DNA of 63,793 nucleotides, counting the filler, from Octopus bimaculoides (Eukaryota): NCBI RefSeq assembly GCF_001194135.2. It is 4 parts of 3 records of this genome, joined end to end, with 100 filler letters (N's around TTAATTAATTAA, not from the genome) between each part and the next. Parts side by side here need not be neighbours in the genome. Positions count along the whole stretch, not along the records: positions 1 to 29,846 come from NC_068983.1; 3 more parts are not named here. One strand, 5' to 3'. Shown here piece by piece: positions 12,747-24,993 of this stretch. Below the pieces are notes generated by a model. It was given only the letters and a program-made list of their open reading frames with translations. It searched no databases and had not been told where the DNA came from. How positions within the stretch are numbered: position 1 is the stretch's first letter; each line of letters opens with the position of its first letter. The position numbers and the translations under genes were made by a program.

Positions 12747-12827
12747 CCATTGACTTCTCCAGTCACCCGTTACCACTGCAGGACCAAAATTTAACGCTGG
12801 GTTCATCAAACATCCTGATTTGTTGGC
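12747..12827 (-). CDS. AQP: Aquaporin penultimate exon (81 bp): loop E with second NPA box
   Basis: Translates ANKSGCLMNPALNFGPAVVTGDWRSQW (AQP4: [27 protein letters not shown]). Acceptor ttttaatctcttgcag, donor TGG|gtaaga, phase 0 at both ends. Joins in frame to the 6541 exon across a 6205-bp intron. Confidence 0.95.
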
Positions 12828-13589
12828 CTGCAAGAGATTAAAAGAAAAAACCACGTGAGTGACAAACATGTTGACTTTAGCAGAGTGACAAAACATCAAA
12901 CGACATAGAAGCTTCTACGTGGTTACACTCGACCTGCTAGAAATAGCAACCAAATTTCAGCTAAATCACACACTCTACTGTCTTATTAAAGAAATAGCAC
13001 CATAGAGTTGAGGATGTACAAAAAGAAGAGATGGCCACGCCTGAAGCACTTTTGATCATAGATCTGCCCAACAGGTTTGACCAAGGGTTAAACAATAACA
13101 ATATTAAAGGTGACTTTAAGGCGTCGAGCTGGCAGAATTGTTAACACACCGGACAAAATACTTAGCTGCATTTCATCCGTCTGTACGCCCTGAGTTCAAA
13201 TTCCGACGAGGCCAGCTTTGTTTTTCATCCTGGTGGTGGTGGTGGTGGTGGTGGGAGCGGATGGGGATGATGATGGTGGAGTTAGCATTAGTGGTAATGA
13301 TGTTGATGATAATGATGATGGCGACGAGGATGACGACGAAGACAATGATGATGATGTTGATGATGATGGTGTCGATGATGATGGTGTTGATGATGATGAT
13401 GATGTTGGTAGCGGTGGTGGCGGTGATGACGACATCGGCCATATACATATCCAAAGAAGTGGTAAAAGATCAAAAGACCTATACATATGAAATTTGACTA
13501 TCCCATGTACGAGACAAGGGCCCAGTTATGCCTACCCCTATGGAGACACGGCCCCACCTGTCTTTATGATTATATCTTGTTTCTTCTTT

Positions 13590-13616
13590 GATCTTTATTG
13601 AAAATATACTTTGATG

Positions 13617-13662
<46 letters not shown>

Positions 13663-13788
13663 TAATAGTAATAATAATAATGATGATGATGATGATTTCA
13701 TTTATTTGCCACGAGGGCGAAAGATGAAGGGAACAATACAGAGACAGACGTAAAGTGGGGGAGGGTTACATATAATAATGAAATGATA

Positions 13789-13843
<55 letters not shown>

Positions 13844-13950
13844 TAATATGAAGAAGAAGAAGAAGAAGAAGAAGAAGAAGAAGAAGAAGAAGAAGAAGAA
13901 GAAGAAGAAGAAGAAGAAGGTGGTGGTGGTGGTGATGACGAGGAGGAGGA
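13590..13950. repeat. Compound trinucleotide microsatellites (TAA)n/(GAT)n and (AAT)n-(GAA)n-(GGT)n
   Basis: Directly visible; includes about 70 bp of uninterrupted GAA near 13850-13918. Confidence 0.95.
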
Positions 13951-14428
13951 GGATGGCAGTTTTCTTTTATATTAATAACAATAGAAATATTAAAAGCAAA
14001 AATAAGAATTAATAGTAATATTTTTTTGTATTTGTCACCCGAAAGCCATTCATTCTTCATACAAAAACGTTTTGAGTTACGAAGGGATTATAGAAGGCGT
14101 TGGGTTGTTGAGCCAGAGTTATATAAAACGAGATGTGGAGCTAAAAATGTTACACGTTACGTATGAAGACACTAAGAAGTACAAAAGTAGATGAATGAAT
14201 ACAATAAAAATAAATATAAATAAACATAAATGAAATAAGGACGACCCACCCACGCACGGTTTAGAAGCTGACATCTGGATCGAATCAGAAGATTCCCATG
14301 CCATCAGCCGTCTTCTATCCCTGATAATTGAATCTAGAACACACTATTATAGGAGGTGTGAGCATTGTATGCGGTGCACGAATTTAGAAGTAACCCACGT
14401 CTTCTGAACAGGTGTGTTTTATCTATAT

Positions 14429-14696
14429 CAGGGGTTCTCAATCATTTTTACCTTTTTACCTTTTTTTTGGACCCTTTTAATTTCCGTTTTTTTCCTGCTG
14501 GATTCTAATAAGCGTTCCCTGTTTAAGAAAAAAGTCCCATTATGTTTTGATAATTAAGTATTCTTCGGAATTGTATAAAAATTGTTGAAGTATTTTGTGT
14601 TCTGTAGAAATAAAAGCAATTTATTGCAGATAAATTAAAGAACAAAATCCTATGTGCACCCGCAAGGGCCATGTGGGGCCCGGTTGAGAAGCACTG
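14429..14696. mobile_element. hAT-type non-autonomous element
   Basis: Terminal caggggttctcaa / ttgagaagcactg inverted repeats; no clean 8-bp TSD. Confidence 0.6.
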
Positions 14697-15306
14697 TTTT
14701 AGGCGATGATAAACAATCGGTGAGGGTCCTCACCCCATGTCTATTAGTTAACTGTGGGCGCAGCATGGCCTAAAGATTAAAAAGTTCGCTTCGCAGCGAC
14801 AAAATCCCGGATTCAATTACGCTGTGTGAGATCTTGGGCAAACGCCATTTTCTGTTAGCAGGGGTGAGGCCGTAACAGCGACAACACAAGGGAGACCAGC
14901 AACAATAGCAAGGGCATTAGTGAAAGAATCTCACTAACATTAACACCACTGTTGAACCAGGAACACAACCATCAGGATCACCACCGCTACCACCAATTCC
15001 AACAACGAAACAATAATTGCACCAACAACTCCACCGCCATAGCCAATACCACCAACAATAGCACAAATACCATCAATGTAAGTGAAGTTGGGTGAAGGGA
15101 AACTGCATGGAAGCCCATCAGATGAATTACACCTTTGATTCGTAAGTCACTGCCTTGTCACATTTTGACATTTTTTTAAAGAGTATATGAGTCTACGGAA
15201 TACTCGACCACCGATTCAGCTAATTCGGGAGGAGGTAACTCAGTTGATCGAACAACTGAACCCTCATTATCGAAACGACGGAGATCCATTACGATTCTTA
15301 GTGTTA

Positions 15307-15545
15307 GGCGCAGGCGTGACTGTGAGGCGCAGGCGTGGCTTTGGGGCGCAGGCGTGACTGTGAGGCGCAGGCGTAGCTGTGAGGCGCGGGCGCGGCTGTG
15401 TGGTAAGACGTTTGCTACTCAGCCACATGGTTCCAGGTTCAGTCCCATTGCGTGGCACCTCGAGTAAGCTGTCTTCTATTATAGCCTCATCCCGATCAAA
15501 GCCTTGGGAATAGATTTGGTAGATTGAAAATGAAAGAGACCCATC
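15307..15545 (+). mobile_element. SINE family A head with five tandem 19-bp copies of its 5' end
   Basis: ggcgcaggcgtg(a/g)ctgtga x5 (15307-15401), then normal SINE body. Confidence 0.85.
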
Positions 15546-15602
15546 ATATATACATACATACATATATATATGTATGTATGTATATATATATATATGTATG
15601 TA

Positions 15603-15645
<43 letters not shown>

Positions 15646-15646
15646 G

Positions 15647-15685
<39 letters not shown>

Positions 15686-16778
15686 NNNNNNNNNNNNNNN
15701 NNNNNNNNNNNNNNNNNNNNNNNNNNNNNNNNNNNNNNNNNNNNNNNNNNNNNNNNNNNNNNNNNNNNNNNNNNNNNNNNNNNNNNNNNNNNNNNNNNNN
15801 NNNNNNNNNNNNNNNNNNNNNNNNNNNNNNNNNNNNNNNNNNNNNNNNNNNNNNNNNNNNNNNNNNNNNNNNNNNNNNNNNNNNNNNNNNNNNNNNNNNN
15901 NNNNNNNNNNNNNNNNNNNNNNNNNNNNNNNNNNNNNNNNNNNNNNNNNNNNNNNNNNNNNNNNNNNNNNNNNNNNNNNNNNNNNNNNNNNNNNNNNNNN
16001 NNNNNNNNNNNNNNNNNNNNNNNNNNNNNNNNNNNNNNNNNNNNNNNNNNNNNNNNNNNNNNNNNNNNNNNNNNNNNNNNNNNNNNNNNNNNNNNNNNNN
16101 NNNNNNNNNNNNNNNNNNNNNNNNNNNNNNNNNNNNNNNNNNNNNNNNNNNNNNNNNNNNNNNNNNNNNNNNNNNNNNNNNNNNNNNNNNNNNNNNNNNN
16201 NNNNNNNNNNNNNNNNNNNNNNNNNNNNNNNNNNNNNNNNNNNNNNNNNNNNNNNNNNNNNNNNNNNNNNNNNNNNNNNNNNNNNNNNNNNNNNNNNNNN
16301 NNNNNNNNNNNNNNNNNNNNNNNNNNNNNNNNNNNNNNNNNNNNNNNNNNNNNNNNNNNNNNNNNNNNNNNNNNNNNNNNNNNNNNNNNNNNNNNNNNNN
16401 NNNNNNNNNNNNNNNNNNNNNNNNNNNNNNNNNNNNNNNNNNNNNNNNNNNNNNNNNNNNNNNNNNNNNNNNNNNNNNNNNNNNNNNNNNNNNNNNNNNN
16501 NNNNNNNNNNNNNNNNNNNNNNNNNNNNNNNNNNNNNNNNNNNNNNNNNNNNNNNNNNNNNNNNNNNNNNNNNNNNNNNNNNNNNNNNNNNNNNNNNNNN
16601 NNNNNNNNNNNNNNNNNNNNNNNNNNNNNNNTATATATATATATACATATATACGTACATATATATATATGTGTGTGTGTGTAGATAGATAGATAAATAG
16701 ATAGATAGATAGACAGTCAGACAAACAGTCACAACAGTCAAACAGACATAGATAGATATATTATTATTATTATTATAA

Positions 16779-16968
16779 GTCGCCATGATTGACCGCTAAA
16801 TTCACAAGTTTTTTGTTATTCTCTCTTTCTTTATTTCCTCGTTTTCCTTCCTGTTGAAGAGCGTAGGCTCGAAACGTCAAAGACTTTCTCACCTTCCCGA
16901 GCGTCAAACTAATACACCTGCTTGTTGTTTATACACCTGTCTTCGTCTTTTGTTTTTCTGTAAATTTC

Positions 16969-16975
<7 letters not shown>
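16779..16975 (+). mobile_element. Short Penelope-type repeat with hammerhead-like motif (copy 2)
   Basis: cttc-CUGUUGA(16851-57)-a-GAGC-guag-GCUC-GAAAC-GUC-aaag; homologous to 3625-3790. Confidence 0.65.
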
Positions 16976-17003
<28 letters not shown>

Positions 17004-17189
17004 CACACACACATACATACATACATACATACATACATACGTAACTTAGCGATTCGACAAAAGTAACCGATGCAATAAGTTTCAGGCTTTCAGAAAAAGA
17101 TGTACTTGGGTCGATTCTTTTGACTTAAGTTTTTCAAGGCAGTGCCCCAGCACGGCCACAGTGAAAGGACTGAAACAAGTAGAAGAAAT

Positions 17190-17905
17190 ACAGACTCCGT
17201 TGGAGACTTGACCCCTACATCAGATCACACAGTTCGAAGGCTACGCATTTGCAATAGAAGTAGGGGAGATCGTGAAGAAATACCTAATAAATAGAAGACT
17301 GTGGAGTCCTTGGAACTCGACGATGCAACCAAACATATAAGGATTTTGCCATATTTCTGTGGAAGATATGACATACGTGATTAATAGCTGCCCAAAAATC
17401 TTATCATGGTATTACCTCCCTATGCGACATAACGTTGTCGTTAAAGCAGTATACAATGCCATTAAAAAAAGTCTGTCCTGGTAACAATATAGAGAACTTC
17501 CCTGTTCTTGGATACATACACAAAAGTCAACAGAAGGAATACTGGCGAGACATTCTATTGCAACTTCTGACAAGTGTAAACATAAGAAAACGAACATTGT
17601 TGTTTGGGACAGATATGAAAAAGTATGTAAGGTCTTTTTTGATTTCGAAAATCAAAAAGACTGAAGATATCAACGAATAATCGTCTCGAAACTTCGAGTT
17701 TCTATAATCCAGATTATAAATTCACATTGATACCAGTAATGCTTGGTGCGTTGGGTTTTATGAGTAAATGCCTAAGTGATAATCTGGATGAGCGAAGTGT
17801 TTTCCGAAAAAGAAATCTGCCAACTAGCTCATACATTTCAAATACAATTTTTGTAAGTGGAACAGTAAAAGTTTGCAAGACTTTTCTCAAGTTTAAAATG
17901 TGACA
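17190..17905 (+). mobile_element. R4/Dong-like RLE non-LTR retrotransposon relic (zinc knuckle + endonuclease region)
   Basis: Frameshifted FEGYAFAI..EIVKKYLINRR...EDMTYVINSCPK...YYLPMRHNVVVKAVY...IVVWDR...PDYKFTLIPVMLGALG...SGTVKVCKTFLKFKM*. Confidence 0.8.
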
Positions 17906-18046
17906 TTGTTTTCATTACCTACATTCCATTGAAAGAACTTCGTATCTTTGTTAGAAACCAGATTTCAAGTAATTAAAAATAGAAGAGAACATACATACAT
18001 ATATACGTACACACATAAATATATATACACATACGTGTGTGTGTAT

Positions 18047-18100
<54 letters not shown>

Positions 18101-18131
18101 GCACATACACACATGTATGCATACATTCATA

Positions 18132-18203
<72 letters not shown>

Positions 18204-18443
18204 CATACAGTGGTGTGGGAGACAGAAGTGGGTATGTCTGTAGTCGAGAGGCTGCAGTGTGTTGGTGTGTGAATATCTGCCAATCAGACACAACAAACAT
18301 CTCAAAAGTATCAGGTGAAATACCAACCTTCTTCAAATAGTCTGGAAATAGCACAAGAAATTTCTATAGGAAACAGACACCAATTGGACGACATGGAACT
18401 ACTGATTTCTTTGTTATCAAAGACTAACAAGACTCCTTTTCTT

Positions 18444-18487
<44 letters not shown>

Positions 18488-18497
18488 NNNNNNNNNN

Positions 18498-18534
<37 letters not shown>

Positions 18535-18583
18535 CTTTCTCTCTCTCCTCTTTCCACATATGCAAAACACAGAACACACGTTA

Positions 18584-18945
18584 GGAGCAGGCGTGGTTGT
18601 GTGGTAAGTAGCTTGCTTACCAACCACATGGTTCCGGGATCAGTCCCACTGTGTGGCACCTTGGGCAAGTGTTTTCTACTATAGCCTCAGACAGACCAAA
18701 GCCTTGTGAGTGGATTTGGTAGACGGAAACTGAAAGAAGCTCGTCGTGTGTGCGTGTGTGTGTGTGTATGTGTGTCTGTGTTTGTCCTCCACCATCACTT
18801 CACAACTGATGTCCCTAAAACTTAGCGGTTCGGCAAAAGAGACGGACAGAATAAGTACTAGGTTGACAAAGAATAAGCCCTGGGGGAAGGGGTCGATTTC
18901 TTCGACTAGAGGCGGCAGTCAAATGACTGAAGCAAAGAAAAGACT
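18584..18945 (+). mobile_element. Full-length SINE family A copy
   Basis: tRNA-like head (gcgtggttgtgtggtaag...ggttccgggatcagtccc), central domain, (TG)n, tail ending aaatgactgaa. Confidence 0.85.
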
Positions 18946-18964
18946 ACATTAATATGTATAATAT

Positions 18965-19160
18965 ATAAGGTGGCGAGATGATAGAATCGCTAGCATGCCG
19001 GACAAAATGCTTAGCATTCCGTCCGTCTTTACGTCTTGAGGTCGTCTTTGCCTTTCATCCTTTCGGGGTCGATAAATTAAGTACCAATTGAGCACTGGGA
19101 TCGATTATCGACTTAACCCCTTCCCTGAAATTGCTGGCCTTGTGCCAAAATTTGAAACTA
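18965..19160 (+). mobile_element. SINE family B copy
   Basis: Homologous to 33943-34172 (gcctttcatcctttcggggtcgataaattaagtacc). Confidence 0.8.
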
Positions 19161-19339
19161 ATATGTACAATATACTTAAATACCTGCATCTCCACCTTGC
19201 AGTCAAAACCATCTCGACTCTTCCCTGCAAGAATTGGTCTACAGAGTCGTCAACGGCATCACCATGATGGAAACGACCAGCAAAGAAGAAACTAAATTCT
19301 CAGATACAAGATAAGGCCGACGACGACGTATGACATATC

Positions 19340-19615
19340 GGTCTCTTTTGCCGAACCGCTAATTCACGGGGACGTAAACACACTAACATCAGTTGTCAAG
19401 CGATGGTAGAGGAACAAACACAGACACACAAATATATATCTATGTACATATACGCGACGGGCTTCTTTCAGTTTCCATCTACCAAATCCACTCACAAGGC
19501 CTTGGTCGGCCTGAGGCTATAGTAGAAGGCACTTGCCCAAGATGCCATGCAGTGGGACTGAACCCGCAACCATATGGTTGGGAAGCAGGCTTCTCACCAC
19601 ACAGCCACTCCTACG
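19340..19615 (-). mobile_element. SINE family A copy
   Basis: Reverse complement of the family consensus, CpGs retained. Confidence 0.85.
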
Positions 19616-19627
19616 CTTATATGTATA

Positions 19628-19703
<76 letters not shown>

Positions 19704-20984
19704 NNNNNNNNNNNNNNNNNNNNNNNNNNNNNNNNNNNNNNNNNNNNNNNNNNNNNNNNNNNNNNNNNNNNNNNNNNNNNNNNNNNNNNNNNNNNNNNNN
19801 NNNNNNNNNNNNNNNNNNNNNNNNNNNNNNNNNNNNNNNNNNNNNNNNNNNNNNNNNNNNNNNNNNNNNNNNNNNNNNNNNNNNNNNNNNNNNNNNNNNN
19901 NNNNNNNNNNNNNNNNNNNNNNNNNNNNNNNNNNNNNNNNNNNNNNNNNNNNNNNNNNNNNNNNNNNNNNNNNNNNNNNNNNNNNNNNNNNNNNNNNNNN
20001 NNNNNNNNNNNNNNNNNNNNNNNNNNNNNNNNNNNNNNNNNNNNNNNNAATGACCTCTAAAAGTAATTCCATTGTTTAGAGGTTATTATGAGTTTATATA
20101 CATTCTCTGAGAAAAGTGAGGGGGCGGGTGCGAGGTGGTGGTGGCGAGTGAAATGCCATAAAACCACATAAATATCGGAAGTCAGTTTTCCACCTCCCAC
20201 TACGCCGAACTTTCAATAGCATCTCCTTCTTACTCCCCTTCTTCCCTCAGCTATATACCATATCCCTTCTCTCTCTCTCTCTCTCTCTCAATCTCTTTCA
20301 CCCCTCACGCCCCTTCTTAATGCTTTTCTTCCAGTAATCCAAGAGAAGATATTCATATGGCTGTTGTTCTTGTTGGTGTTGTATTTCTTACGTAAATAAC
20401 AATGGTTCGTTGGTGTAAGGTGGCATTGGAGCGGTGTAGCACTCACCTTAACCCGTCTCCTCTTTTTATCTTTCAGTCATAGTGTATCTTGGACTACATT
20501 ATTCAGTGTGTCCTTCTTGTTTTATTATTATTATTATTTTAAAGTAGACAGGGGGGAATATGAGGAAGATATTTATCAAATTGCTTCATACATAAACACA
20601 TACATACGTCAATGCTTTATTACATTCATTGTATACATATAGACATACATGCATACATACATGCATGCATGGATACATACATACATCCATACATACATAC
20701 ATGTATACATGCATACATACATGCATACATACATACATACATGCATACATGCATACATACATATATATACATAAATACATACATACATGCATACATACAC
20801 ACATACATACACATATACACACACATAATACATACACACACATACATGCATGCATACATACATACATACACATACATACATGCATACATACATATACATA
20901 CATATATATACATACATACATAGACATACATAGACATACATACACACATACATACATGTGAGTTTATTCATGCGATGTGTTAAA

Positions 20985-21345
20985 AGAATATTAGAGTAAC
21001 TTAAATATTGATGCAGACACCAAGTTTAAACATAAATCAGATATTGTTATGTTGGGCCACAAGAAAAAAACAATATGCTCTGTCCTAAAGATCAGCTGTC
21101 CTCTGGACACCAATATGTTTAGAAAAATCCTGGAGACAAAAAAGACATCTATGGACCATTGATAAGGAATTTGCAAATCCAGTGCCCAAGATACACTGTC
21201 AGTTCGTTACCTATTATTATTGGAGGAAAGTATGGCTGAACTTGGGTTCGAAGGTAGAGAATGCAAACCCTTAATTCATACGCAACAAATAATCAAGATA
21301 TCTGGGACAAAACAATCTGTAGGACCTTTTTTATGATTTAAAGGA
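20985..21345 (+). mobile_element. Second RLE (R4/Dong-like) retrotransposon C-terminal relic
   Basis: TKFKHKSDIVM...ISCPLDTNM...YGPLIRNLQIQCPRY...LPIIIGG...IIKISGTK, the same domain as 17560-17900. Confidence 0.7.
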
Positions 21346-22367
21346 TGGCAGTTAAAACAAGATACTATCTGTCACAACCTTGCTACCAAGTAGGTGGCCG
21401 GTCAAAATGTACCTCTAAATGAAAAAGAGAAAAAGAAAAAAAACACATGCATCAAATTAGCATTTCATTACTGTTAACCTTGTCCCGGCGGGGAGTTATA
21501 AGCTCAGGTCAGTAAGTAATAGACATGAAAAAACAATATGCAAAGTAATAAATGCAGAGATAATAAAAAAGTTAATTAGAAAAAGAATTGTGTGGCGATG
21601 AATAAATTGCGTTAGTCAATAATTAACTAATATTGTTTTATTTATTCCAATAAGAACGGGAGACAAACTTTAAACAAGTTTGAGCATTATTCTGACCTCA
21701 TCAGTGGAAGAGACCCTTCCCTGTATTTCCTGGAATGATAAAGACAGACGGGGTGTCTACATAAAAGTTGTTGCTATAGTAACAGTCCATGATCACGGCG
21801 TCAATATATTTTTTTAACCAACCAATAAACTCAATTCACGCACAGGCACCGTTTAACGCAAGTAAAAATAAATATTGGAAAGAACGCATTTGGCCAAATT
21901 TGGACATACAACAGTTTAACATAATAGCAACAATATATATATATAGGTGGGTGGGTGTGTTTGTATTTGTTCCACGCCATTGCTTGACAACCGGTGTTGG
22001 TTTGTTACGTCTCTGTAACTTAGAAGTCTAGAGACCGAGAGAATAAGTACCAGCTTTAAACAAAATGTACTTTAAGGCGGTGCCTTGGCATGGCGACGGC
22101 GCTATAAGTAACATCCTATATATTGAGCTGCCAAACAAAGAAAGTCAGAAAATATAAAAGAAAGGCACACTGAACGACTGGCCCTGAAAGTTCTGTGCCT
22201 CTTAACCACCCTTCGACCCCCCCCCNNNNNNNNNNNNNNNNNNNNNNNNNNNNNNNNNNNNNNNCTACAAGGAAAAATCTAAGATGTGAGCTACAGACAA
22301 ATTGTAACAATAGAACCAATCGATGGGAACAGAGGATGACGATAACAACAAGAAAAATAGCGACAAG

Positions 22368-22422
<55 letters not shown>

Positions 22423-22582
22423 AGAAAAATAACTGCAACAACAGCAACAGTTCCATAGAAATTAGTCTCAATAGAAAAATTATTTACTGTACAATAAAGC
22501 AACCGGCGTGGGAGCGCTTCATTATATGCAAGATTAATTAAGTTCGAAACACTAATTTTAATCATGTATGTATGTATGTATC

Positions 22583-22647
<65 letters not shown>

Positions 22648-22701
22648 ATAAATATACATACATATATATATATAACAATATAGCACAATCTTGTTATATA
22701 A

Positions 22702-22762
<61 letters not shown>

Positions 22763-23090
22763 CACCCATACACATATATATAACAAGATTGTGTGCAAAG
22801 TGAAAAAGAAGCTAATACAAAAATATAATTAAAAAAAAACAAAAGGTAAAGAGACATTCTATAAAACTTCTTCCATTCCTCCCGCCGCCATCACCACCTC
22901 ACCCGACCTTTTTTTTACAAAAGAAACCCCACATTGGATGTCAAACTTCTTTCTAATGAAACAAAGCAAAAACTAATTAAAAGAGCGGAATCCAACCCAA
23001 TCACTTCATCGAAGACGTTCAAACGTGACACTAAATATCAAACAATCGATATCAGTTTCCCTTCGATTTACCTCTAAGCGTCTCTCTTAC

Positions 23091-23194
23091 CTCCATTTTC
23101 ACCTGTTTTGCTGTGGGATGGGGAATGACGGAGGGCAGGTGTTTAGCGTTGCTTAGTTTTTCAGTCCAATAAAGAAGAACACTTGAATAATAAC
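23091..23194 (-). other. Candidate upstream exon ending in AAAATGGAG|gtaaga (possible 5'UTR + Met-Glu start exon, perhaps of the aquaporin)
   Basis: Strong donor, Kozak-like AAAATGG, acceptor ctctacag at 23195-23197. No homology or transcript support. Confidence 0.25.
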
Positions 23195-23475
23195 CTGTAG
23201 AGTTCGTAAAAATGTTGGATTCTTGTCTTATCATTGATCTTACAACATTGCAAGGCCAGCGCTAAAGTTTCGTTGAGTCGGTTTGATTGAAATCACTAGA
23301 AGAGCGATTGAACGAAACCCATGGTATGCGATTGACAACTAGTTTACTTTACACGCACACACATGCCTAAATATATATGCATGTTATCGCCTGTGTGTTA
23401 AAGTGTGTATGTATATATGTATGTAAATGTGTGTGTACAGAGAAAGAGGGGACAGAGAGAGAGGGAGAGAGTGAC

Positions 23476-23507
<32 letters not shown>

Positions 23508-23599
23508 CGACAAAGAGAGAGTATGTGATCAGTGAGGATTCGCAAAACTCAGAGTAGAAATAGAGCAATCTGAATATTATAAGATAGAATTTCACTTTA

Positions 23600-23852
23600 C
23601 AGTAATCCCTCGATTATCGCGTGTGTTACATTCCAAAAACAAACCCGCGATAAGTGAAAAAACGCGAAGTAGAAACAGTACTGTACTGTATATTTTTATT
23701 ATCATTTTTTGTAATTTGTATATATTTATTTTATTATAAACGCAAAACAACACCATGGACGAATCGATGTAAACTTAAATAATAAACCGCGATATGTGAA
23801 CCGCGATATGTGAACCGCGATATGTGAACCGTGACATGGCGACGGATTACTG
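23600..23852. mobile_element. Tigger/pogo-like MITE with TA TSD and internal 14-bp tandem repeats
   Basis: TA|cagtaatccctcg ... cgacggattactg|TA; (ccgcgatatgtgaa) x3 plus a partial copy near the right end. Confidence 0.8.
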
Positions 23853-24264
23853 TACACGTATATTGAGTATTTCACCTCTTGTTTGTAAATTTAAACTTAA
23901 ACACACACACACATGCACACACATGCACACACATGCACACACATACACACGCATGCACACACATATGCACACATATACACATATCCACATACACACACGC
24001 ACGCACACACTCATACATACATAATAATAATGGATCATAGATATAGCATTTCCAGCTGACAACAAGGTATACGATAAGGAAGAAAGAAAAGTCGAGAGAT
24101 ATGACAGATTAGCTTGGGAGGTAAAGCAGTTGTGGTCGATGAAAAAGGTGGTAGTAGTACCAGTAATTGTCGGAGTTCAAATTCTGCTAAAGATGACTGA
24201 GCCTTTCATCCTCTCGATAAAATAAGTACCAGTCGAGAACTTCCACCAAATTTCAGGCCTTGTG

Positions 24265-24265
24265 G

Positions 24266-24325
<60 letters not shown>

Positions 24326-24457
24326 GTTGTTGTTGTTGTTGTTGTTGTTGTTATTCGATAGTTAATCTTATTTTCCTCTGCAAAGTGATTATTATCTAAT
24401 CTGAATTAAACAATAAGCTGATAGACTCAATTATTGATCATTACGATAGTGATGATG

Positions 24458-24489
<32 letters not shown>

Positions 24490-24561
24490 GATGATGATGA
24501 CGGCGACGACGATGTCGACGAGAACGAGGATGGTGTTGATTATGATGCTGCTGATGCTGCT

Positions 24562-24600
<39 letters not shown>

Positions 24601-24750
24601 GCTGCTGGTGGTTGATGGCTGTGATGGTGATTATGATGATGACAATGTTGATGATGATGACGATGATGATGATGATGACAATGATGATTACGAGAGCAAC
24701 GATGATGCTGATGATGATGATGACGATGACGATGATGATGATGATGGTGA
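24265..24750. repeat. Compound (TTA)n/(TTG)n/(GAT)n/(CTG)n microsatellites
   Basis: Directly visible; source of spurious poly-M/L/D ORFs. Confidence 0.95.
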
Positions 24751-24951
24751 TAGAAAATTCGCGGATAAGACTCCTAAGCCGGTTTGTGTTTATTTAAAGC
24801 AGATTATAAGATAAAAAAAAAGAAAGAAAAAACTTATTTCCCGCCTTTTTTACCCACAATGACTACGATTGGCGAAGACATCTTGGACACGTGCGTATGT
24901 GTGTGTATATACATTCACACACGCACACATATACATATATGAGTGTGTGTG

Positions 24952-24993
<42 letters not shown>

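Noticed and set aside
19170-19315. Possible 41-bp minus-strand exon between SINEs
   Set aside because: Not aquaporin-like; the plus-strand frame looks more like a retrotransposon ORF1 scrap; unsupported.
21690-21735. Minus-strand CUGAUGAG after a good acceptor: possible hammerhead or small exon
   Set aside because: No GAAA in register, no stems, and reading frames uninformative.
23785-23835. Short regularly spaced repeats, checked as a CRISPR-like array (also 15307-15401)
   Set aside because: Contiguous tandem units without spacers, inside eukaryotic TEs.
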